Assembly: GCA_021821045.1 (NCBI GenBank)
Contig: JAKACW010000007.1
Location: 25,983-89,982 of the forward strand
Source of the DNA: Pseudomonadota bacterium
GTDB lineage: Bacteria; Pseudomonadota; Gammaproteobacteria; JAADHS01
DNA length: 64,000 nt
Reading direction: 5' to 3'
Translations under genes and position numbers: made by a program
Part shown: piece by piece, positions 49,886 to 60,257 of the stretch
How positions within the stretch are numbered: the stretch's first letter is position 1
Layout of the letters: each line of letters opens with the position of its first letter
Notes under the pieces: model-generated
What the model was told of the DNA's origin: nothing
Seen by the model: only the letters and a program-made list of their open reading frames with translations
Database searches by the model: none

Positions 49886-50380
49886 TTAACTGCGTATCAT
49901 CACTGGTTCTTCGACCAGATTAATCACTTTCCCGCCATGGCGTTGCGCGAGGTCTTGGCGCGCGGCAATGGCTTGCACCGCTCTGTTCTGAACGAGCTTG
50001 CCCAGCGAGATGTTGCTCAAGAAATCGTGAATCTGATCGCTCAGATCGCACCACAGTTCATGGGTCAAACACGGTTGACCGTCTTGGCAGTCGCCCTTGC
50101 CGCCGCAACGGGTGACGTTTACCTTTTCATCGATGGCCGTGATCACGTCTGCAACAGCGATCTCATCGGCCGGCCGGCTCAACCGATAGCCGCCGCCTGG
50201 ACCGCGAGCGCTGTCGACCAGACCCTGTTTGCGCAAACGCGCGAAGAGTTGTTCCAAATAAGAAAGAGAAATACCCTGACGTTGTGAGATGTCCGCCAGC
50301 GGCACTGGATTTTCGGTGGCGTGCAACGCCAAATCCAACATCGCAGTGACCGCGTACCGACCCTTTGTAGTTAAACGCAT
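49886..50380 (-). CDS. iscR: Fe-S cluster assembly transcriptional regulator IscR (Rrf2 family)
   Basis: [20 protein letters not shown] Rrf2 HTH. Cys ligands in the C-terminal half. 164 aa. Confidence 0.9.
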   Translation of the reverse strand: MRLTTKGRYAVTAMLDLALHATENPVPLADISQRQGISLSYLEQLFARLRKQGLVDSARGPGGGYRLSRPADEIAVADVITAIDEKVNVTRCGGKGDCQDGQPCLTHELWCDLSDQIHDFLSNISLGKLVQNRAVQAIAARQDLAQRHGGKVINLVEEPVMIRS

Positions 50381-50493
50381 AAATCTACCCTTCTATTGTC
50401 TCAAGGAATGTATGGACATCACGATTGTACAAACTTGAGGCACATAGTCAACAAGCTTTTATAAACCGCGCAACGACGTTGTCGTCTCCCGAG

Positions 50494-51294
50494 CTATTGT
50501 CCAGCCCGCTCGCCTTCAGGGCGATCGAGCGGCCGGTCATCCGGCAGTGCCTCCTTAATTTCATCGGCATCCAGGGCGGGAATAGGAATGTCCTGAATTT
50601 CCCCACCTAACTCCTTGATCGCTCCGCATATTTTATCCATCTTCGCGTCCATGCCATGGACGTGGTCCAAAATGCAGTTGATCGCATGGGCCACGGGATC
50701 CGGCGTGTCCTTCGTCAGACCGTAGGCGTCGAAACCCAGTTTTTCCGCCATTGCGACATGCTGGGGCGACAGTTCTACCGTCGACTTTTTCACCACCCGC
50801 CCCGGAATGCCGACGACGGTGGTGCCCTCGGGCACGTCCTTAACCACCACGGCGTTGGAGCCAACGCGGGCATCGTTGCCGATGTATAAGGGGCCCAGCA
50901 CCTTCGCTCCCGCCCCGACGATGACATTGTCGCCCAATGTCGGATGACGCTTGCCTCTCTCCCAGCTGGTTCCACCCAGAGTCACACCGTGGTACAGGGT
51001 GCAATCATCGCCAATTTCCGCTGTCTCGCCGATCACCACGCCCATACCATGATCGATAAAAAACCGCCTGCCGATGCGCGCCCCGGGATGAATCTCCACG
51101 CCGGTCAACCAGCGAGCGAGCGTGGAATTCACACGAGCCAACCACTTCGCCCCATGCCGCCACAACCAGTGACTCAGCCGATGCGCGATGACCGCGTGAA
51201 CGCCGGGATACGTGGTTAAGACTTCAAACGCATTACGCGCGGCGGGATCCCGGTCAAATACGCACAGGACATCTTCTTTTATATGGCGCCACAT
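50494..51294 (-). CDS. cysE: Serine O-acetyltransferase
   Basis: SATase N-terminal domain plus left-handed beta-helix hexapeptide repeats ([26 protein letters not shown]). An extra C-terminal extension is present. Confidence 0.8.
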   Translation of the reverse strand: MWRHIKEDVLCVFDRDPAARNAFEVLTTYPGVHAVIAHRLSHWLWRHGAKWLARVNSTLARWLTGVEIHPGARIGRRFFIDHGMGVVIGETAEIGDDCTLYHGVTLGGTSWERGKRHPTLGDNVIVGAGAKVLGPLYIGNDARVGSNAVVVKDVPEGTTVVGIPGRVVKKSTVELSPQHVAMAEKLGFDAYGLTKDTPDPVAHAINCILDHVHGMDAKMDKICGAIKELGGEIQDIPIPALDADEIKEALPDDRPLDRPEGERAGQ

Positions 51295-51416
51295 CGCATT
51301 GTTCCGAGGTGCAAATTACAAAACTTGACTGTTTTAGTCAAGATTAACTTTCCGTTAAACCCGAATTCTAGTCTAACAACCCGGGACGCTGGCAACTTTG
51401 ACCGTTGATTGCCCCG

Positions 51417-52148
51417 TTAGCGTCGCCCATCTGCGGCCTTGGCCTGCACCGCCTTGAAAAACCCGCGCAGAATGTTGACCTCATTTTCATCGAGACGGGT
51501 GCGCCCAAATAGTCGTCGCAGACGCCGCATCACCACTTGCGGATTGCCGACATCGAAAAAGCCCACCTCCCGCAACGCCTGCTCCATGTGCTCGTAGAAG
51601 CGCTCCATCGCCCGCGCATCCACATATTGCAGACTGTCGGTCTGCGCCATCTGGTCCGAGTTGGCCAGACTCGCCAGACGCATCTCATACGCGATGATCT
51701 GAACGGCAGCGGCAATATTTAGCGAGGCATACTCCGCATTAGCGGGAATCTCGACAACAGCATGACACAGCGCCAACTCGTCGTTGGTCAACCCGGTACG
51801 TTCACAGCCGAATACCACAGCCACTTCGCCGCTCGCGCACTCAGCGACTGCCGCCTCCGCCACGGCGCGCGGCGTGTAACGGGGCAAGTCCAAGCGACGC
51901 GCGCGGGACGTCGTGCCCAAAACCCAAGTCGCTCCAGTCAGGGCCTCGTTAAAATGCTCCACGACCTGCGCCCCTTCGAGCACGTCCTCCGCCCCCGAAG
52001 CACGGGCGCGCGCCTCATCGCTCAGATGGTTTCGCGGCGCCACGAGAACAAGGCGCCGTAAGCCCATGTTTTTAATCGCTCGGGCGACGGCCCCGACGTT
52101 GCCGCCATGGGAAGGATTAACCAAAACGAACCTGATCTTTGATAACAT
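51417..52148 (-). CDS. trmJ: tRNA (cytidine/uridine-2'-O)-methyltransferase TrmJ (SpoU family)
   Basis: MLSKIRFVLVNPSHGGNVGAVARAIKNMGL SPOUT N-terminus. 243 aa. Confidence 0.8.
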   Translation of the reverse strand: MLSKIRFVLVNPSHGGNVGAVARAIKNMGLRRLVLVAPRNHLSDEARARASGAEDVLEGAQVVEHFNEALTGATWVLGTTSRARRLDLPRYTPRAVAEAAVAECASGEVAVVFGCERTGLTNDELALCHAVVEIPANAEYASLNIAAAVQIIAYEMRLASLANSDQMAQTDSLQYVDARAMERFYEHMEQALREVGFFDVGNPQVVMRRLRRLFGRTRLDENEVNILRGFFKAVQAKAADGRR

Positions 52149-52354
52149 ACCGCCCTACCGAGGAACTTCCGATTAATTCGCCGCAACCGCGCACGCTGCG
52201 GGAACGAGCATGCTCGCGAACGAGTCGCGGCCATGACCGCACCCACCGTTGGCCCCACCTTGCGTCTGGCGATCGGCGCCTTGATCGAATTAGTCGGAAC
52301 GGCCGAGAACACACCAATTCAACCACATACGAACCGAACCTAGGGCTCCCTGTA

Positions 52355-53137
52355 ATGCACCCAATGCTCAATATCGCTGTGCGCGCCGCGCGCAAAGCCG
52401 GCACCATCATCACCCGCTCTATGGAGCGAGTGGACACTTTAAGTGTCACCACCAAGACCCGCAACGATTTCGTCACCGAGGTGGATCAGCGCGCCGAGCA
52501 GGAGATCATCGCCGTCATCAAGAAGGCTCACCCCGACCATGGCTTCCTGGCCGAGGAAAGCGGCGCCCAAGGCAGCGGCGATTACCTTTGGGTGATCGAT
52601 CCGCTGGACGGTACCACCAATTTTCTCCATGGCTTTCCCCAATTCGCGGTCTCCATCGCCTGCCAGCACAAAGGCCGGCTCGAACATGCGGTGGTGTACG
52701 ACCCCGTTCGCGAAGAACTTTTTACCGCCAGCCGCGGCGCCGGAGCCCAATTGAACGGCCGCCGCATGCGTGTCAGCAAAGCGCAACAACTCGAGGGCAG
52801 CCTGATCGGCACGGGTTTTCCGTTTCGTGAAATCACCCACATGGACGCCTACATGAGGATGTTTCGCAGCCTGATGCCGGAAACGGCGGGAATTCGTCGG
52901 GCGGGCGCAGCCACGCTGGATTTGGCCTACGTCGCCGCCGGGCGCTTGGATGGCTTTTGGGAATTCGGACTGAAGCCTTGGGACATGGCCGCGGGCGTGT
53001 TGCTCATTCAGGAAGCGGGCGGCTTTGTCTCGGATTTTACGGGTAGCGAAGACTATGTTAACTCGGGCAATATCGTAGCCGGCAACGCGAAGATACTGAC
53101 GCAACTGATACAAAAAATTAAAGAATTCGCGGTATAG
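52355..53137 (+). CDS. suhB: Inositol-1-monophosphatase SuhB
   Basis: Start MHPMLNIAVRAARKAG, IMPase motifs (WVIDPLDGT, WDMAAG). The track ORF starts earlier, at 52139. Confidence 0.85.
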   Translation: MHPMLNIAVRAARKAGTIITRSMERVDTLSVTTKTRNDFVTEVDQRAEQEIIAVIKKAHPDHGFLAEESGAQGSGDYLWVIDPLDGTTNFLHGFPQFAVSIACQHKGRLEHAVVYDPVREELFTASRGAGAQLNGRRMRVSKAQQLEGSLIGTGFPFREITHMDAYMRMFRSLMPETAGIRRAGAATLDLAYVAAGRLDGFWEFGLKPWDMAAGVLLIQEAGGFVSDFTGSEDYVNSGNIVAGNAKILTQLIQKIKEFAV

Positions 53138-53536
53138 GGGCGCTCAAAGGTTGAATTGTGATGGCCGATACTCTCAAGCAGTAGGGTCGGACAATAAATA
53201 TAACTTCGAAAGAGACATCACATTTATGAAACAAGTTATTGATAACCTAAACGACTTCGTCACATACATGGCTGTAAACTACACCACCATGCCCTTCGAC
53301 GAGATCGTCATTGGCGAACCCGACCAAACCGATAGCAGCGACCTTCGCCATCGCGGCGCAAAGGCGGACGTGATTCCGCTGCACTGCTCCATCGCAAACC
53401 GCTGAGCGGCAGATCTCTATCAGTTAACCTCTAAACTACGCGTCGACTGCGCACTCAGCGCGCGTTTGTGCGGCACATGCCGTTGCCGCCACCGGGTATA
53501 CTGTTGCGCGAGCTTCGCATCGCAACGGAACCGATC

Positions 53537-54355
53537 ATGCCCGCACAACGCTACGCCCTGCTTTCGGCCCAAGACATCAAGTCGCTGCTTGAGCAAACCC
53601 CCGCTCCCCATGTTATCAATCTGTGCACGGACGCCGGTCGCCGCTGCAATCTCCCGGGCGCCGTTTATCTGGACTACAAGCAACTGGTGCGGCCCGCGCC
53701 GCCGGTGCTGGGGCTCCTGCCGGACAGCGCGACGCTGAGTCGCGTGCTGTCGGCCATCGGCTTGACCCCCGATGCCGACGTCATCGCCTACGACGACGAA
53801 GGGGGCGCCCGCGCCTGCCGCTTGTTGTGGACTTTGGATACCTGCGGCCACCGCGGCCGCCTCATGCTGCTGGACGGCGGCACGCAGGCGTGGCAGCAGG
53901 CGGGGTTTGGCTATGAACCGACGGCGGCGACGCCGGTTCCGACCGTGTACCCGATCGAAACCACCGCGACCGCCCACGCGGACAAAGCCTATATCCTCGC
54001 CCACCTGTCCGACGGCACGACTCAAGTGCTCGATACTCGCTCCCAGAACGAATACGACGGCAGCCTGCCCCGCGCCAACCGCAACGGACACATCCCGGGA
54101 GCGATCAACGTGGAGTGGACCAAAGCCATGCAGAGCGCGCCGGGAAAGCCGCTCAAACCGCTGGCCGACATCGCGAAGCTGTACGCCGATGCGGGCCTCG
54201 ATCGAAACAAGGAAGTCATCGTCCATTGCCACTCCCACCACCGTTCCGCCCATTCCTACTTCGTACTGAAGTTATTGGGCTATCCCAAGGTGCGGGCATA
54301 CAGCGGTTCATGGTCGGAATGGGGCAACGCACCCGACACCCCCGTCGAGAAATAA
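53537..54355 (+). CDS. Two-domain rhodanese (thiosulfate/3-mercaptopyruvate sulfurtransferase-like)
   Basis: Two rhodanese modules. Active-site loop CHSHHRS in the C-terminal domain. Start taken at MPAQRYALLSAQD. Confidence 0.8.
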   Translation: MPAQRYALLSAQDIKSLLEQTPAPHVINLCTDAGRRCNLPGAVYLDYKQLVRPAPPVLGLLPDSATLSRVLSAIGLTPDADVIAYDDEGGARACRLLWTLDTCGHRGRLMLLDGGTQAWQQAGFGYEPTAATPVPTVYPIETTATAHADKAYILAHLSDGTTQVLDTRSQNEYDGSLPRANRNGHIPGAINVEWTKAMQSAPGKPLKPLADIAKLYADAGLDRNKEVIVHCHSHHRSAHSYFVLKLLGYPKVRAYSGSWSEWGNAPDTPVEK

Positions 54356-54917
54356 TCCAACACACGCCAACCGAACAACAAGTGGACACCTATCGCACGT
54401 GACAACTATCGAACACACCCCGCTGATGCACAGGTGTCATAGCATTGTTTAATAAGGATATATACAAGAAAATGATCTACAAGTTACACTATGGGTTACA
54501 GTTTTTCGAAGGTTACCTGCTTCGCAATTATTTGTTATAAATTACTGTTTTATATAGTTTAAATATGAGTACCTGTTGCCCATTATCCCTTGTCATATCT
54601 GTACTTGACTTATATTGCCGATACCCCTTAATTTACCCAGGGTAACGCAGTTCATTGTCAAGCGAGTCGCTATCTCGATAAAGATTTTTGACCTCCCTGT
54701 CAAAAATCGACTCGCCAACGCGACGATTAATTCTTTTTGCCCCGACCGGCCTGCGTCCGCCACGACTACGTATGACATTGCTCATAAATTCGCTCGTCAC
54801 ACTCCGTCATGGCTACACCACAATGCCTCTACGGCAACTACAGCCGCTGCTGCATCTTCTCCGTAACTCGCTCTCGCTCATAACTGCGAATATGCAGACG
54901 GCGTTGCCTATTGGGGA

Positions 54918-55121
54918 CTAATCGCCCTCGCTTCCGCTCTCCATGGCGATCAGCGGGAGCTGCTGCGCGGCGGCAGCTGTGTTTTCCTGTACGGCCTTGA
55001 GACCGTGATCCGCCGCCAGAGCGGCCTTCCAGGCGTGCTGCAGGGTTTCCGCGAAAGCATTCGTCATCGGCGCAAACAGGAAACATGCCAACAAATAACA
55101 GTAACCGCTATTCTTCATCAC
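54918..55121 (-). pseudogene. Truncated outer-membrane factor (TolC/OprM family) gene; only the first ~65 codons remain
   Basis: Signal peptide plus LQHAWKAALAADHGLKAVQENTAAAAQQ typical of an OMF N-terminus, then a stop. An AT-rich non-coding tract follows at 54360-54917. It sits where an RND operon's third gene is expected. Confidence 0.45.
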
Positions 55122-55130
55122 CCTGTTACT

Positions 55131-58100
55131 CTACTCAGAAGGTGTCGCTGAAACAGCCCGTCGGTGCAACCAGCCATGCAGGTGTTTTAAACCATTCTCA
55201 ACCAGCGAATAGACAGCGGGCACTACGACCAAAGTCAACAGCGTGGAACTGACCATGCCGCCGATCACCGCCACTGCCAATGGACCATTGGTGTCGGCGC
55301 CGGCCCCGAAACCCAGTGCTGCCGGTAGCATAACGATGATAACCGTCAGCGAGGTCATGAGGACCGGGCGAAGACGTAGCGGACACGCCGTCAGTAGCGC
55401 CTCCCTGATTTCTTTGCCCTCTGCACGCAGCTGGTTGGTCAGGTCGATCAACAGGATGGAATTTTTTGCGACCAGCCCCATCAGCAACACCAGCCCCATC
55501 ATCGAGAATATATTGAGACTCATGTCCGCCAGCCACAGCCCGGCTACACCACCGACGATGGCCAGCGGCTGGGCCACCATAATGACGATGGGCTGGATGA
55601 ATGAGTCGAACTGGCTGGCCAACACCATATAGACCAGTACGATGGCGGAGACGAAGGCAAACAGCATGTACTTGGCGGTCTTCTCGAATTCCTCCGCGCG
55701 GCCGATCATCTTGATCTCGTATCCGGATGGCAGCAGCTCCATAGCAACCTGTTTGACCAGTTCGGCTGCTTCGCCCTCGGAGATGGTGGGCGTGGCAAAG
55801 AAATTGCCCGAATACCTCAGGTCGAAGCGGGTCACCACGGCCGGGCCGATGTCCTCCTTGAGACTTGCCACCGTGTCCAGACGTACTAACTTGCCGTCGC
55901 GCCCGCGCAGGTAGATGCGATGCAGCTCATCCGGTGTCTTGAAGCTGCCCTCGATGGCTTTCAGACGCACGTCGTAACGTTCGCCATCGCCGGGCAAATC
56001 GTTGTACTTGGCCACATCCAGACCACCAGCCAACACGTTCACCGCCAGCGCGATTTCCTGCGCGGACAAACCGATGTCCTGGGCGCGGGTGCGATCAATC
56101 TGCAGGGTCAGTTGCGGCAGTTCCAGTTGCAGATCGAGATCCACGCTCCCCAATTCCGGCATGCTGTTGAGCCGTTGCTGCAGCTTGTGGCTCCATCCAG
56201 CGACGCTGGCGACATCGGGTCCCAGCAGTACGAACTGCAGGGGTTCGCCACGCTGCCCGCCCAAAGGTGGAATCGGGGAAGGAAAGGCCTTGATGCCGGG
56301 AATTTCCGCCAATTCATCGCGCAACTGGTCGATAATCCGGTACATGTGCAGATTGCGTTGTTCGCGCGGTTGCAGACGGATGAAGATCTCACCGCGGCTG
56401 GATTGTCCGGTTTCACCGGTGCCGATGGTCGAGAACCAGCTGGCAATCCCCTCATGCTGGCGCAGTCGTTTTTCAACTTCAGCCAGACGGCCGTCGGTAT
56501 ACGCCAACGTGGAACCCAGGGGTGTCTTGAAGCTGATCAGAAAACGTCCTTCGTCTTCCTCCGGCAGAAAACCCTTGCCGAGTTCGCCCATAAAAAAACC
56601 GCTGGGATAGACTGCCACGATGGTTAACAGCACCACCAGCCAGCGAAAACGCAAGGCGCCGTGCAGCATCCGGCGGTAGGCCCGTTCCAGGGCACGAAAA
56701 CCTTCTTCGAGGAATCGATAGAGCTGGCCATGCTTCTGCGCTACGTTGAGGTATCGGGAACAGAGCATCGGCGTCAGCGTAACTGAAACAAACAGGGAGA
56801 CCAGCACTCCGAACGTTACCACCACCGCGAAGGAACGGAAGAAACTGCCGATGACGCCCTGCATGAAAATAACCGGCGCGAAGATGGATACCAGGGTCAA
56901 GCTGGCCGCTATGACCGCAAAAACCACCTGATTGGTGCCGTGCAGGGCGGCGGTTTTTGCATCGAGGCCACCTTCTTCGCGATGCCGGTAGATGTTCTCC
57001 AACACCACGATGGCATCGTCCACCACGATACCAATCAGCAGCAGCAAACCCAGCAGCGTCATGGTATCGAAGGTGTAACCAAAGAAGTACATCACCGCCA
57101 CCGCGCCCAGCAATGACACCGGAATGGCCAGGGCGATGATGGCGGTGGCGCGCAAACTCTTGAGGAACAGCCAGACGACCAGGGCAGTCAGCAATGTGCC
57201 CAGTACCAGGTGCTCCTCCAATGCAAAAACCAGTTCATTGATCAGATCGGCATCGTTGGAGGCAATAGCGATTTTCATACCTGGCGGCAACTGCGGAATG
57301 ATCTCTTCATTCAGGCGCTGCTCTACCGCCTCGATAATAGCTACCGCGTTGGCGCCGGTCACCTTGACAATACCCAGACCCACGGCGGTCTCGTCATTGA
57401 AACGGGCCAGCCGCCGGTTGTCCTCCAGACCGTCTACCACCTGCGCAATATCGCTGATGCGAATCGGCGCACCCTCACGATAGGCGACGATCAAGTGTTC
57501 CAGATCCGCAGGCTGATGGAACTCCAGGTCGAGCTTGATCAGGTATTCACTGGTATCACCCACCAGGAATCCACCCGGCATCTGGAAGTGCTCGCCCTGG
57601 AAGGCACGAATCAGATCCTGGGTAGTGACGCCATAGGCGTTCATCCGATCCACATCGAGATTGACACGAATGGTGCGCTCGCGCTTGCCACCGAGACGTA
57701 CCTCGCCTACACCGTCGATATTCTCCAGCCGTTTCTTGATCACCGTACGCGTGTATTGATTGAGCTGCTGAAGCGTGCGGTCGCCCTGCAGCGTGATCCA
57801 CATGATAGGAATGGCGCCGAATTCGACCTTGGCTACCACTGGCGGATCGGCATCGTCGGGCAGATCCCGCAACGCCTGGTTGACCTTGGCCTGCACCTCG
57901 TTGAAAGCCACGTCGACGTCCTTGGTCAGATTAAAGGTAATACGCACTACCGAGGCGCCAGGCGATGAGTCGGACTGCACGTGTTCGATCCCCGGAACAC
58001 TGTTGACCGCTGTCTCGATCAGGTTGGTGATACTGGCATCGATGATCTCAGGATTGGCACCGGGCAAGGTCGTGGTCACCGAGATCATCGGGAAATCGAT

Positions 58101-58217
58101 ATAGGGGTAACGGTCAACGCCGATACGATCGAAGCTGACCAGTCCGAACAGAACCAGCACGGCACTGAGCATCCACGCCAGCACATGTCGGTTGATGGAA
58201 ATCTCTGGCAGTGTCAT
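55131..58217 (-). CDS. RND efflux permease (AcrB/HAE1-like)
   Basis: 1028 aa, 12 TM helices and large periplasmic loops. Start MTLPEISINRHVLAWMLSAVLVLFG. Confidence 0.9.
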   Translation of the reverse strand: MTLPEISINRHVLAWMLSAVLVLFGLVSFDRIGVDRYPYIDFPMISVTTTLPGANPEIIDASITNLIETAVNSVPGIEHVQSDSSPGASVVRITFNLTKDVDVAFNEVQAKVNQALRDLPDDADPPVVAKVEFGAIPIMWITLQGDRTLQQLNQYTRTVIKKRLENIDGVGEVRLGGKRERTIRVNLDVDRMNAYGVTTQDLIRAFQGEHFQMPGGFLVGDTSEYLIKLDLEFHQPADLEHLIVAYREGAPIRISDIAQVVDGLEDNRRLARFNDETAVGLGIVKVTGANAVAIIEAVEQRLNEEIIPQLPPGMKIAIASNDADLINELVFALEEHLVLGTLLTALVVWLFLKSLRATAIIALAIPVSLLGAVAVMYFFGYTFDTMTLLGLLLLIGIVVDDAIVVLENIYRHREEGGLDAKTAALHGTNQVVFAVIAASLTLVSIFAPVIFMQGVIGSFFRSFAVVVTFGVLVSLFVSVTLTPMLCSRYLNVAQKHGQLYRFLEEGFRALERAYRRMLHGALRFRWLVVLLTIVAVYPSGFFMGELGKGFLPEEDEGRFLISFKTPLGSTLAYTDGRLAEVEKRLRQHEGIASWFSTIGTGETGQSSRGEIFIRLQPREQRNLHMYRIIDQLRDELAEIPGIKAFPSPIPPLGGQRGEPLQFVLLGPDVASVAGWSHKLQQRLNSMPELGSVDLDLQLELPQLTLQIDRTRAQDIGLSAQEIALAVNVLAGGLDVAKYNDLPGDGERYDVRLKAIEGSFKTPDELHRIYLRGRDGKLVRLDTVASLKEDIGPAVVTRFDLRYSGNFFATPTISEGEAAELVKQVAMELLPSGYEIKMIGRAEEFEKTAKYMLFAFVSAIVLVYMVLASQFDSFIQPIVIMVAQPLAIVGGVAGLWLADMSLNIFSMMGLVLLMGLVAKNSILLIDLTNQLRAEGKEIREALLTACPLRLRPVLMTSLTVIIVMLPAALGFGAGADTNGPLAVAVIGGMVSSTLLTLVVVPAVYSLVENGLKHLHGWLHRRAVSATPSE

Positions 58218-59296
58218 TCGTCTTTGACCTCAATCAGCGCGCCATCGGTCAGAAAACCCGCACCATCCGCGACGACTCGCTCACCAGCGGCAAGACCCTC
58301 AAGAATCTCAACCTGCCCGGCCTGCCGCAAGCCGGTGCTCACTACCCGCTGCACCGCCCTGCCGTCCTTGATAACGTAAATCACGGTGCTTGCGGGCCGA
58401 CGCACGACGCTGACCTCGGATACCATGACCGCGTTCTCGTGCCGGGCTACCCTCACCGCACCAGTCACACTCGCACCCGGTTCCCAGGGCCCCGGATTCT
58501 CGACATTCACAATAATCTGGACCGAACGGCTGCCAACGGTGATAGAGGGGCGTACCTCACTGATTGTGGTTTCGACGCTGACATCCGGGGCCGATGGACT
58601 GCTCAACCTGACTGGCAAGCCGGTGTGTAATTGTGACAACAGGGTTTCGGGATAGGGTAAGCGCGCCTTGAGCCAGTCAAGGTTGCCGATACGCATCAAC
58701 GGCGAAGCAACTTTTACATAGTCTCCTACAGAAACCTGAGTATCATCGACACGCCCTTTAATCGGACTCAGGACCCTGGTTTTCCTGATGTCGCGCTCAG
58801 CCTGTTGCAGACGCACCCTGGCTCCGGTAAGTTCGGCCTGCAAGGCACCGAACTGTGCTTCCACATCATCCAGCGCGGACTGATTTGCCGACTTTTTCTG
58901 AACCAGTGCACGATAGCGCTGCACACCCAGACGTTGTGCACGGATCAGGGCCTGCAGACGCTCGATGTCAGCCTCGGCCATGTCCTTCGCGAGTTGAAAA
59001 GCTTCCGGGTCGATCTCGGCCAGCACCTGCCCTTGCTCAATCCGATCTCCCACATCGACATTGACCGCCGTCAGTCGACCGGCCACCTCAGCGGCAATGA
59101 GTGGCGCAACCTTGGCTTCCAACTGGCCGACGGAGGGTTCCCATACCTCAACATCGCGAGACTCGGCTACCGTCACAGTGACCGGCACCATGCGGACAAT
59201 CGGTTCCTGTTTGTCCGCTGGCTGTTCCGTTTTTCCTGACGTTGAAGTCATCAACAGGGTGCAGAGTAACAGTCCGGTGAGTGTTGCTTTATTCAT
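58214..59296 (-). CDS. RND efflux periplasmic adaptor (membrane fusion protein)
   Basis: Lipoprotein/TM start, coiled-coil hairpin, beta-barrel domains. 4-nt overlap with the permease gene. Confidence 0.85.
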   Translation of the reverse strand: MNKATLTGLLLCTLLMTSTSGKTEQPADKQEPIVRMVPVTVTVAESRDVEVWEPSVGQLEAKVAPLIAAEVAGRLTAVNVDVGDRIEQGQVLAEIDPEAFQLAKDMAEADIERLQALIRAQRLGVQRYRALVQKKSANQSALDDVEAQFGALQAELTGARVRLQQAERDIRKTRVLSPIKGRVDDTQVSVGDYVKVASPLMRIGNLDWLKARLPYPETLLSQLHTGLPVRLSSPSAPDVSVETTISEVRPSITVGSRSVQIIVNVENPGPWEPGASVTGAVRVARHENAVMVSEVSVVRRPASTVIYVIKDGRAVQRVVSTGLRQAGQVEILEGLAAGERVVADGAGFLTDGALIEVKDE

Positions 59297-59322
59297 TGCG
59301 AATCCTCGGCGGTTCAATCTCA

Positions 59323-59982
59323 TTATTGGTTTTTCCGTCCCTTCACATCGGATAACGCACCCCGCAACAGAAGGTCAAACACATCGCTGCTGTAACGGGC
59401 CGGCGTTCTGGCAAAGCCACCCTCGGCCAGGTGTGCTGTTACTGATCGGTTTTCAAAGAAAAACACGTTCGCGCCCAACATTAAAAACGCCAGCAATGCC
59501 GGATCGAATTCCGCGCGCAAGAGTCCCTGTGCCTGCCCGTCACTCACCATGCTCACTAGGCGGGTGAAGTAATCGGCGAATACCTGACTTGCCAGCGCCT
59601 GTTCCCGGCTTTCCTCACTTTCCGCTATTTCGCGCAGAATGAGCCGCACAGAATCCGGGCTCTTCAACATTGCCGCCAGATGTGAAGCAAAAAAATTCCA
59701 GAGATTATCGACCGCAGCGGATGGATCGCCGGCCTGTGTATCGGCCAGACTGCCAACCGTCTCTTCGCAAGCTGCTTTCAACACCGCAAGGTAAAGCGCT
59801 TCCTTGGATCCGAAGTGATGAAACACATTGGCCTTGCTCACCCGCGCCTGGCGGGCGATTTCATTCATGGAAACCGCATCAAACCCCTTATCCGCAAACA
59901 GCTGTTTGGCCACACCAAGAATGGCGAGTGCGCCCTCACTCAGGGTGTGAACAGGCGTCGATTTCTGACTGGCTTGTGCCAT
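59323..59982 (-). CDS. TetR family transcriptional regulator (likely efflux repressor)
   Basis: TetR HTH GFDAVSMNEIARQARVSKANVFHHFGSKEAL. First gene of the efflux operon. Confidence 0.85.
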   Translation of the reverse strand: MAQASQKSTPVHTLSEGALAILGVAKQLFADKGFDAVSMNEIARQARVSKANVFHHFGSKEALYLAVLKAACEETVGSLADTQAGDPSAAVDNLWNFFASHLAAMLKSPDSVRLILREIAESEESREQALASQVFADYFTRLVSMVSDGQAQGLLRAEFDPALLAFLMLGANVFFFENRSVTAHLAEGGFARTPARYSSDVFDLLLRGALSDVKGRKNQ

Positions 59983-60068
59983 TCGTTTTTCTCCTGCCCG
60001 CGCGATTTATAGGCTAATCAGACTGACCGACCGGTCAGTGAATTGATGCTAGCAACCGCTTCAACGAC

Positions 60069-60257
60069 ATGCAAGGTCAAAATCAACACTGGGATATGCT
60101 CGAAGAAACGGCTGCGGAATACCCCTCCGAGGGAAAACCAGCCCCCATGGAGTATGAAGTCGGTCGGAATGGGTTGGCGCTAAAAAGTGCTGCACTCGCA
60201 GCCCCAGCCATTATCTCCAGCAGCGCGGTTGGTGGCGAACCCCTGCCGCATGGCTAA
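60069..60257 (+). CDS. Doubtful small ORF (62 aa, Ala-rich) ending ...SSAVGGEPLPHG; overlaps the start region of the E2-E1-JAB gene
   Basis: ORF track only. Internal GG near the C-terminus is noted but there is no beta-grasp-like pattern. Confidence 0.15.
   Translation: MQGQNQHWDMLEETAAEYPSEGKPAPMEYEVGRNGLALKSAALAAPAIISSSAVGGEPLPHG

Noticed and set aside
54400-54920. Possible tRNA or ncRNA in the AT-rich tract
   Set aside because: No cloverleaf-compatible sequence or conserved tRNA boxes recognised by eye. The tract is treated as a non-coding scar.
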